Both the position numbers and the translations under genes were made by a program. Positions 1 through 7,464 of a stretch of 64,000 bases of DNA are shown one piece after another. Each line of letters opens with the position of its first letter. Position 1 is the first letter of the stretch. Origin of the DNA: Candidatus Moraniibacteriota bacterium (GTDB taxonomy: Bacteria > Patescibacteriota > Minisyncoccia > Moranbacterales > UBA1568); NCBI GenBank assembly GCA_016699385.1, contig CP064974.1, positions 67,242 through 131,241 on the forward strand. The letters run 5' to 3'. The notes below the pieces were generated by a model. The model was not told the DNA's origin. It ran no database searches and saw nothing but the letters and a program-made list of their open reading frames with translations.

Positions 1-1545
1 AATGTTGGTATTGGTACGGCGACGCCTGTCACTGGACTCGAGCTCTATAGCTCTGCGGCGAGTGATCGAATTTTCACGATTACTTCCAACACAACAACAA
101 ATGATCCTCTTATAAAATTCCGCACGGCAGCTACCTCTCTCGCAGTGAAGTTCTCCATCGGTGTCGATACTTCCGATAGCGATACCTTCAAGATTGACTC
201 CAATGACGGTCTCAGTACCTCGCCGGACTTCAAGATTGACTCGACTGGTGTGACAACTATTGCCAATGCCCGTCTCGGTGCGCAGAGTTTACCGGAGGAT
301 GGAGGTATTCTCTCTTGGCTTGATATGTCGGTGACCAGTTCATCGGTATCGGGAACAGTGGAAAGCTATAGTGCACAGATTGATAGCAACCCGGTTCTTA
401 CGGTGTATGCGGAAAGTGATGGATCGGGTGGTATTCAGAATCAAGGAGTTGGTATTGGCACCACGACGCCAGCATATATGCTTGACGTGCTTGCTTCTGG
501 CACCGGTGTTATTGCTCGATTTAACAGCAATAATAGTACGGGCTGTACGCTTGCGACCGGAGGTACGATAAGCTGTTCCTCTGATAGTCGATTGAAGAAG
601 AATATTCATTCAACAACATTGGGACTTGAGACGCTTCTTGCTCTTCGGCCAGTGGAATACAATTGGAATTATCAATCTGATGGCGATATGAAGAGCTTCG
701 GGTTTATTGCGCAGGAAGTTGGCGCACTTATTCCTGAACTCGTGAGAACGGATGATAGCGGATATCTCCAGCTGAACACTATTGGTCTCGTCCCTATTTT
801 GGCAAAGGCTCTTCAGGAAGAGAACACCAAAGTGACGACACTCGGCGCGAATGTCAGTGCGACCTCTCTCAAAACCACCGCAAATGCAACAACGCTTGCG
901 AGTTTGCAGTCATCAGTGGACGAGCAATTGACAGTTGTATCTGAAACGGAGAATGGTTTCGAAGTTCGTCTCGCGAGCCTTGAAGAAAAGGCGATAGATA
1001 CAACAGCGCTTTCGATCAAGGTGACAGATCTCGAATCCGCTGTGTCACTCCTACAAAGTTCGAACCAAGTGCTGCTCGATTTCTACAATTCATTGTCACT
1101 CGGCAATGTCCTGGTCAAGAATGCAGATGGCAATCTCGATCTTTCAAATGGAAAGATTCGCGCGAAGGAGCTCTCGACGGGTGCGCTCGCTATCGAGATT
1201 GTGGATGAAGAGGCGCCGACAATCGGCTCAGCAACACTTTTCCCGAAAGCGGTTGACAAGAAGGGAGAAAAGGATGCTGACGGCAATGATATTGCCGATG
1301 GATTTGATGATGTGTCAGGAGATTCTATGGAAGATCCGGATGTCTTGGCACGCAATGGGAAGCAGATAATCGTCAAAACAAAAGCGGTCAGTGTTGGATC
1401 GCGCATCTTCCTTACGCCCAAGCAGGCAATTGCCGAGCCACTTGCAGTCACTGATATTTCAGAAGGGGAGGGATTCACTGTTGAAATGAAAAATGAAACC
1501 TCTGAAGAAATCCCATTTGACTGGATCGTCGTGGAAGAGAAGTAA
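1..1545 (+). CDS. Tail-fibre-like surface protein with a C-terminal intramolecular chaperone (Peptidase S74) domain, then a coiled-coil and an acidic C-terminal region. The 5' end is truncated by the window.
   Basis: Frame 1 is open from nt 1 with no stop, so the gene starts upstream. The motif SDSRLKKNI...LRPVEYNWNY...FGFIAQEV...LVPILAKALQE matches the Ser-Lys autoproteolytic chaperone domain of phage tail spikes and endosialidases. Upstream repeats such as FKIDSxDG are fibre-like. Confidence 0.6.
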   Translation, partial: NVGIGTATPVTGLELYSSAASDRIFTITSNTTTNDPLIKFRTAATSLAVKFSIGVDTSDSDTFKIDSNDGLSTSPDFKIDSTGVTTIANARLGAQSLPEDGGILSWLDMSVTSSSVSGTVESYSAQIDSNPVLTVYAESDGSGGIQNQGVGIGTTTPAYMLDVLASGTGVIARFNSNNSTGCTLATGGTISCSSDSRLKKNIHSTTLGLETLLALRPVEYNWNYQSDGDMKSFGFIAQEVGALIPELVRTDDSGYLQLNTIGLVPILAKALQEENTKVTTLGANVSATSLKTTANATTLASLQSSVDEQLTVVSETENGFEVRLASLEEKAIDTTALSIKVTDLESAVSLLQSSNQVLLDFYNSLSLGNVLVKNADGNLDLSNGKIRAKELSTGALAIEIVDEEAPTIGSATLFPKAVDKKGEKDADGNDIADGFDDVSGDSMEDPDVLARNGKQIIVKTKAVSVGSRIFLTPKQAIAEPLAVTDISEGEGFTVEMKNETSEEIPFDWIVVEEK

Positions 1546-1788
1546 GGGAGAGAGGGAACAGCTTATAGGTGTTAGCTTATAGTTTTTAGGGAAAAGCGAG
1601 TATGGCGGTTTCTTCTGCAATGCAAAGAGCGGTGGTTTCGGTACCCTTGAACATTTCGGAAGGATGATGTTGCAGGATTCGAAAAGATTTTCTTCAATTT
1701 CTTCGTATCGCCTATGGATCCGGAGCGGAGCTTGAGACACAACTCGAAATTTCATTTCGTTTGAATCTAATCGAAAAAGGGGAATACC

Positions 1789-1815
1789 AAAAAACGGCTT
1801 CTCTTCTTGGAGAAG
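1789..1815 (-). terminator. Weak candidate rho-independent terminator for the minus-strand gene ending at 1945.
   Basis: 6-bp stem cttctc/gagaag with loop ttcttg. On the minus strand it is followed by a T-run (complement of ccaaaaaacgg). Confidence 0.3.
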
Positions 1816-1944
1816 TTATGAAAATGCTCAATTCTATGATTTCCAAACTGAGCAAAAAGTAGCCCGAAACCAGCTTTTAGCTTCTCGGTTTTAGCTTAGA
1901 GTTTCCTGTATCTCCTAAAAGCTAACAGCTATAAACTCTTGTTC

Positions 1945-2400
1945 CTACAACCCCGCCCCCTGCACCTGCCAATAGAAGTTTGAACACGTTGTATCCCGAC
2001 ACCCACACTTCCATCCACCACCTTGGATACTGCAGGTCATCCCGACAAAGTAGGCAGGGTCTATGGCACTTGCAGTCGAGATATCGGTATCGGTAATGGA
2101 AGCGGTGATACTTCCTTGGCACCATTCTCCATTGAGGGCACCGGTACAGGTGCCGGTAAACTGATGCCAGTCAGCAATACCGGGGTCATAGTAGTAGCCT
2201 TTGGTATACACGATCCTCGTCGAGTCACCGGTTTGTCCGAGAGTCGCTTGAATGGTATGGGAATCGGATGATGAGCAACTCGCATTGATGAGATTTGTGC
2301 TTGTTTGGAAGGCGTCGTATGGAGCTCCGTAACCGTTGTAGGCGGATTGGGAGAAGTTGGTAGTGGTGACAGTGTTGCAGGGGGAGAAGGTGTCGGTTCC
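1945..2400. repeat. Inverted-repeat copy A (3' end of gene 1945..4425). The distal core of about 300 bp is near-identical to 9945..10248.
   Basis: The reverse complement of 1945-2030 matches 10170-10248 almost base-for-base (ctacaaccccgccccctgcacctgccaatagaagtttgaacacg...). The encoded C-termini are identical from CTGALNGEWCQGSIT onward. Confidence 0.8.
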
Positions 2401-4425
2401 GCCTTGGGTGAGTGGCGTATTCATATCGGTTTGAATTTCCGTCTGCGTCAATGCTTTGTTGTAGATGCGGACATCGTCCACACTCCCGTTAAAAGCGCCG
2501 CTCGTGTATTCGGCATTCCCTCCGATTCTTACGGGGAAGTTGTTGGTTGAGAGGGTTTGCGTGAAACTTGCTTGCGCGTCGATGTTTCCGTCCACGTAGA
2601 GCTTCTTGGTTGTTCCGTCATACACGATAGCAACATGATGCCACGCGTCGTTTGCGACATTCGCGGTTCCTTGGAGATCATTGGCGCTTGGAGAGAAAGA
2701 GTTGAAGTCAAGCGTATTCGTTGACGCATAACGGGTGAGACTCCAGGAAGAATCTCCTTTGGAAACGAGTGCTGCCCAGGCGCTTCCGAAAGAAGCGGTT
2801 TTCATCCAGAGGGAGACGGTGAAATTGTTGGTGAAATCGAAGTCGGATTCATTGGGGATGCTTACGTAGGAATTGGCATTTCCGGAGAAAGAGATGCCAC
2901 TTCCGGTTTTGCCAGAAGACCACGTGGCATTGGAGAGCGTGCCGGTATGATTGTGTCCGGAGATATCGGAAGAGGTGGTGCCGGTTCCTTCATCGAAGTT
3001 GAGTCCGAGGAGGAGGTTTTGGGAGATGGGGGGCGGAGTGGTGACGGTGAGTACGAGAGTGGCCGTTCCGGTACCCGCCGCGTTGGTGGCGCGAATGGTG
3101 ATATTAGTCGTACCGGTTGTAGAAGGAGTGCCGGAGATAACGCCGGTATTCGTATTGACGGACGCCCATGCGGGGAGTCCGGTTGCATTGTAGGAAGTCG
3201 GTGTGTTGCTTGCCGTGATTTGGTAGGAAAAGGCGGAACCGGTGGTAGCCGAAGCGGTGAGGGGGCTCGTGATAACGGGAGTGGCGAGCGGTTGGGTCTT
3301 TGCGCTTACCACATTGGTCCAACCAGAGACATTCCCTGCCGCGTCACTCGCGCGGACACGATAGCTGTAGTCGGTATTCGGGGAGAGTCCGGTATTATTC
3401 ACAAATGGTGAGGTAGCGGGAGTACCGACCGTAGCAAACGAAGCGTCGGGACAGGCGGCGGGGAGACCGGTACAACGCTGGACCGTATAGCCGGTTACGC
3501 CGACATCGTCCGTGGCGGCGGTCCAGGTGACGGTAATAGAAGTAGAATTGGTGGCGTTCGCGGCGACACTCGTGCCAGTGGGCCATGCGGGAGGAGTGGT
3601 ATCGCTCCCTCCAGGGGTATTTGAAATAACCACATTATCATAGTAGACACTATACGGAGACCCTCCATAAAACTGGTTCCATCCTCCAAGGCAGATATAG
3701 TCAAAATAGAGGGAATTGCTATTGTCTCGGTTGGTAATACCCGTCAATCCAATAACCTTGACATTGTCGTACCAGACCTCATAAATAGCGTTTGTCTGAC
3801 TGTTGTCGTTATACTTCATATGGAGTTCCCATGTATGCCAATTACCATCCATGGCATTTATAGGACCAGGCTTGGTTCCGGTAACTGTTCCCCCACAACT
3901 GCTTGATCCCGCATAGGTTACAATTGATGCTGTGTCGCGAGTAGTTCCTGAACAGCCGTAGCTTAGTTGGTCAAATATATTGGTTTGATACGTAGTGGCT
4001 GTGGTAGTATTTGCATAGTTAGTTCCATTTCTTATGCCAAATAACTTTAAAAACTTTGTTCCACCAACACAACTTCCTGAACCACAATCAAACTTAAAGT
4101 TAAATTTAATATCTAGCTCTTGTGTATTAGCAGGCGCATCCCAATTATGCCAACGATCTCCACAGCTATTTGAATCACAGTTATAGATAATCTTTAGAGC
4201 ATTTGAACCATCCGGACCAGCTCCAACCGCAATAGAAGATGTCGACCCGGCGCTCCACCCATGATTATTGACTGAATCGGTATAATTGAAATTATCTTGA
4301 AAAAGAACGGCCGCCTGAGCGATACTCATATCTGCAAAGAGGAAAAAGCTGAACACGAAAATAAGCCCGCTCTTCTTGAAGGATGGCAAACAAAATCGAC
4401 GAGAAACAACAGGTTTTTTAATCAT
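1945..4425 (-). CDS. Large secreted multidomain surface protein: signal peptide, N-terminal Cys-rich jelly-roll domain, fibronectin-III domain, LamG (concanavalin-like) domain and a conserved Cys-rich C-terminal module.
   Basis: 826-aa ORF with N-terminal hydrophobic signal MIKKPVVSRRFCLPSFKKSGLIFVFSFFLFADMSIAQA. FN3-like block ...ITVTWTAATDDVGVTGYTVQRC...YSYRVRASDAAGN. LamG_3-like block LLLGLNFDEGTGTTSSDISGHNHTGTL...VDDVRIYNKALTQTEIQ. C-terminus ...CTGALNGEWCQGS...GGGWKCGCRDTTCSNFYWQVQGAGL is shared with two paralogs. Confidence 0.8.
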   Translation of the reverse strand: MIKKPVVSRRFCLPSFKKSGLIFVFSFFLFADMSIAQAAVLFQDNFNYTDSVNNHGWSAGSTSSIAVGAGPDGSNALKIIYNCDSNSCGDRWHNWDAPANTQELDIKFNFKFDCGSGSCVGGTKFLKLFGIRNGTNYANTTTATTYQTNIFDQLSYGCSGTTRDTASIVTYAGSSSCGGTVTGTKPGPINAMDGNWHTWELHMKYNDNSQTNAIYEVWYDNVKVIGLTGITNRDNSNSLYFDYICLGGWNQFYGGSPYSVYYDNVVISNTPGGSDTTPPAWPTGTSVAANATNSTSITVTWTAATDDVGVTGYTVQRCTGLPAACPDASFATVGTPATSPFVNNTGLSPNTDYSYRVRASDAAGNVSGWTNVVSAKTQPLATPVITSPLTASATTGSAFSYQITASNTPTSYNATGLPAWASVNTNTGVISGTPSTTGTTNITIRATNAAGTGTATLVLTVTTPPPISQNLLLGLNFDEGTGTTSSDISGHNHTGTLSNATWSSGKTGSGISFSGNANSYVSIPNESDFDFTNNFTVSLWMKTASFGSAWAALVSKGDSSWSLTRYASTNTLDFNSFSPSANDLQGTANVANDAWHHVAIVYDGTTKKLYVDGNIDAQASFTQTLSTNNFPVRIGGNAEYTSGAFNGSVDDVRIYNKALTQTEIQTDMNTPLTQGGTDTFSPCNTVTTTNFSQSAYNGYGAPYDAFQTSTNLINASCSSSDSHTIQATLGQTGDSTRIVYTKGYYYDPGIADWHQFTGTCTGALNGEWCQGSITASITDTDISTASAIDPAYFVGMTCSIQGGGWKCGCRDTTCSNFYWQVQGAGL

Positions 4426-4460
4426 AGAATCGCTTTATTTTATCTGAATAACATTCACTT

Positions 4461-5936
4461 TTATTTTCCCCTATTATACAGTTCCACTACTTCCGTCGCA
4501 GAGAGCGTCCGATTATAGAGGCGGACATCATCGATTTTTCCATAAAAACTGTATGAATCATAAGCTTCCCCCATGTTTAACGGTAAGTTATCAGTAATTG
4601 GAGTATACGCACTTGCACCACCATTATCAGTTTGTGGCACACCATTAACATACATCACTATGGTGTTTGAGCTATCTTTGTATGTTGCCACAATGTGATA
4701 CCACTCGTTTGTATTCACAATAGGCTGTGTAGTGGTAAGTTCATCGCGATAGGTTGGTCCGGTACTTGCAAATCCAAAATCCACATCGAGGTTGTCAGAT
4801 CCCGCATTGTAGAGATAGAGAAAGTAATTATTAGGTTTTCCGAAAATAAGCACGTATTGAGATGATGCTGGAAATGAATCCAAGCTCACCCACGCCGACA
4901 TAGATATTTCTCCGGTCGTTATGTCGAGACTTGTCGAATCTGCAACATCAATCCCAGTCCCATCAAAACTCAAAGCCTGTCCCAATTTCCCAATCACAGC
5001 AGAGGAGGCGGTGAGACCCACGGCATCCCCATGATTCCCTTTGCCGCTCACATCTTTGATCTCGTTACTCGTATCGCCCCAAATCACATCTGGTCCATCA
5101 AACGTCCAGTGTCCCACGAGTCCCGTATCAACCGGATCTCCCGGAACGGTGGTCTGATAGAGTCTTTTCACTGCATCTTCGGAGAGGGCTTTGCCATAGA
5201 GTCTGACATCGTCAATCTTCCCATCAAAAGGCACGCCCGCATCACTCTCGGCGCCGATACGGAAGGCATTCGCATTGGCGAGAGAATTGATGGCGGCGGT
5301 GGAGGTGGTGGTACTTCCATCGAGGCTGCCATCGAGATAGAGATACATCCCTGTGTTGTCATTCCAGACGGCGGCGAAGTGGTGCCAGCCGGTTGCGCTC
5401 AAATTGGTTGCACCGGTTGCGGAATAGGTATCGGTCCCGTCGGAAATTTCGAAATTGAGATAGTCATTGCCGGCATTGTTGTCGACCCAGACGACATAGC
5501 CCGCATTGGTGGTTTGGTCGGTTTTCTTGGCGACAATGGTGTGATCGGCGGCAAAGGTATCGCGATTGAACCAGCCGACGATAGTGAAGTCCGCGCCATC
5601 AACAAAGTCGAGAATGCCGCTTGCGGGATCAGCGATGGAGAGGTATTGTCCGCTTCCGGAGAAATCGAGAGAATAGGCGCCGATTTGCCCCGTAGTCCAA
5701 CTTGGAGAACCGGTCATGGCGAGTGTATTTCCGTTTCCACTGCTGTCAGTTGCGTTGGTGCCGGAGCCGTCATCGAGTTTCCAGTAGCCCAAGATGCCTT
5801 GGGAGAGGCGGTTTTCGATGGGGGCGTTTACGGTTTTGCTCGCTTCGGAGTTGAAGTCGTAGGTAAGTCCCACTGTTCCCGCGACAAAGAGAGCAATGAA
5901 GAACCACTGTGTTGCGCGGAGGAGGGAGATACGCAT
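4461..5936 (-). CDS. Membrane-anchored protein with two tandem LamG_3 (concanavalin A-like lectin/glucanase) domains.
   Basis: The ORF reaches 6038, but the likely start is the Met of MRISLLRATQWFFIALFVAGTVGLTY (a signal anchor) at about 5936. Two repeats match the LamG_3 signature: GYWKLDDGSGTNATDSSGNGNTL...DDVRLYGKALSEDAV and LVGHWTFDGPDV...DDVRLYNRTLSATEV. It is a paralog of 23794..25197. Confidence 0.75.
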   Translation of the reverse strand: MRISLLRATQWFFIALFVAGTVGLTYDFNSEASKTVNAPIENRLSQGILGYWKLDDGSGTNATDSSGNGNTLAMTGSPSWTTGQIGAYSLDFSGSGQYLSIADPASGILDFVDGADFTIVGWFNRDTFAADHTIVAKKTDQTTNAGYVVWVDNNAGNDYLNFEISDGTDTYSATGATNLSATGWHHFAAVWNDNTGMYLYLDGSLDGSTTTSTAAINSLANANAFRIGAESDAGVPFDGKIDDVRLYGKALSEDAVKRLYQTTVPGDPVDTGLVGHWTFDGPDVIWGDTSNEIKDVSGKGNHGDAVGLTASSAVIGKLGQALSFDGTGIDVADSTSLDITTGEISMSAWVSLDSFPASSQYVLIFGKPNNYFLYLYNAGSDNLDVDFGFASTGPTYRDELTTTQPIVNTNEWYHIVATYKDSSNTIVMYVNGVPQTDNGGASAYTPITDNLPLNMGEAYDSYSFYGKIDDVRLYNRTLSATEVVELYNRGK

Positions 5937-6055
5937 AAGCGAGGTTTTATTTGTAGACAGTATATCATGCCGGGACACAAATCTAGATGTATCACACCCT
6001 CTTTGAGACAAAAACCGTGCTATAATTCTCTCATCCATTCCTCATTCTTCCCTCC

Positions 6056-7396
6056 ATGCCTGCGCGCTTCTTCACCTGGATCATTATCCTCTTCTCCCTC
6101 ACCGTGGGAGCGGTTCTTTGGTGGCGACTTCAGGGGAAAAATCAAGGTCAAGCCGCAGAAACGATGAATGCGACGGTTCCAGGACCAACATCCTCCATTC
6201 TTGTCGGGCACTGGACACTTGATGGGAACGATGTTGTCTGGGGCGATACGACCAGTGAAATCAAAGACGTCTCGGGGTATGCGAAACACGGCGACTCTTC
6301 AAATCTCACAGCAGGAAGCGCAGTGGTAGGGCGAATTGGTCAGGGACTCCTTTTTAATGGAAGTAGCGACTCCATCTCTCTCGGCAATGTCTACAACGGC
6401 GTGAAAACCGTTTCCTTCTGGGCAAAGCCAAACTCAACAACACAGCCCTTTATTGATTTGAATGGCACAGCGACAATCAATATGACGTCCAGCACGGTAG
6501 CGGCGAATAACTTTACCAGTCCGACAATCTATGTGGATGGAACGGCAACCAGCACCTTTCCCAACACCAACTGGCATCATATCACTGTGACGACTGGAAC
6601 TAGCATTAATGCGAGCGCAGCATATTTGGGAAAAATCGCGAGCAGCTATTTCGGTGGTATATTAGATGACCTACGATTCTACTCAACTGAACTCTCTGCG
6701 ACGCAGGTTGCCGATCTCTACAGAAGTAGCGGCGCGAAGCAAACCATCAACTTCGGCATGGAAGGCACCTTGACCGATGGGCTCGTCGGGCACTGGACGA
6801 TGGACGGAAATGACGTCATCTGGGGCGATTCGAGTAGTGAGGTGAAGGATCGAAGCGGGAACGGCAACGACGGGGATGCCGTGGGTCTCACTGCTTCCTC
6901 CGCCGTGATTGGCAAATTGGGGCAGGGGTTGAGTTTTGATGGGACGAGTGATGAGATTAGTGTCCTCGGTCCGACCATTACCAATACCCATTCTTTCGTC
7001 GCATGGATTAAGCCGTCTGGAAATCTCGGAGGGTACAATTCGTTAGTGGAAAGTGACACTACCTTTATAGGCGTTTACCTTCAGGATAGTAGCAGTTCTC
7101 AATGTTCCTTTGTTCAAACTCTTAATTTCTACTATTCAAGTACAAGTCATTGCAGTAACACAGAAATTACGGATGATATCTGGACGCATGTCGCAGTGAT
7201 AAATAATGCAGGATCTGTCACTTTTTACGTAAATGGTGCCCCTGCCGGAACGGCGACAAGTGCTCCGGGTTACACTGCCGGAATGATCGGGAATGGGAAC
7301 TCCACCTCTTTTAAGGGTTCTCTCGACGATGTCCGCATGTATAACCGGGCACTTTCTGTAACCGAAGTGACTAATTTGTATACCATAGGGAAATAG
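6056..7396 (+). CDS. Membrane-anchored protein with two tandem LamG_3 domains.
   Basis: N-terminal TM segment MPARFFTWIIILFSLTVGAVLWW. Two repeats start LVGHWT(L/M)DGNDV(V/I)WGD and end DD(L/V)R(F/M)Y...LS.T(Q/E)V. It is divergently transcribed from 4461..5936. Confidence 0.75.
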   Translation: MPARFFTWIIILFSLTVGAVLWWRLQGKNQGQAAETMNATVPGPTSSILVGHWTLDGNDVVWGDTTSEIKDVSGYAKHGDSSNLTAGSAVVGRIGQGLLFNGSSDSISLGNVYNGVKTVSFWAKPNSTTQPFIDLNGTATINMTSSTVAANNFTSPTIYVDGTATSTFPNTNWHHITVTTGTSINASAAYLGKIASSYFGGILDDLRFYSTELSATQVADLYRSSGAKQTINFGMEGTLTDGLVGHWTMDGNDVIWGDSSSEVKDRSGNGNDGDAVGLTASSAVIGKLGQGLSFDGTSDEISVLGPTITNTHSFVAWIKPSGNLGGYNSLVESDTTFIGVYLQDSSSSQCSFVQTLNFYYSSTSHCSNTEITDDIWTHVAVINNAGSVTFYVNGAPAGTATSAPGYTAGMIGNGNSTSFKGSLDDVRMYNRALSVTEVTNLYTIGK

Positions 7397-7464
7397 TATT
7401 CACCTCCCATTTTTTTGCTATGCTTCTTTTGTGGTATTCTTAAAAAAATCTCAACCAAAAAACC

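Noticed and set aside
5031-6167. A 378-aa plus-strand ORF and similar long ORFs, all antisense to annotated genes: 19343..20452(-) in rpoC, 57540..58505(-) in fusA, 22449..23174(-) in ftsK, 12593..13483(-) in tgt, 15907..16476(-) in rpoB and 16241..17025(-) also in rpoB.
   Set aside because: The opposite-strand genes have unambiguous conserved domains. The antisense products are low-complexity, Arg/Pro/His-rich translations typical of GC-rich antisense frames.
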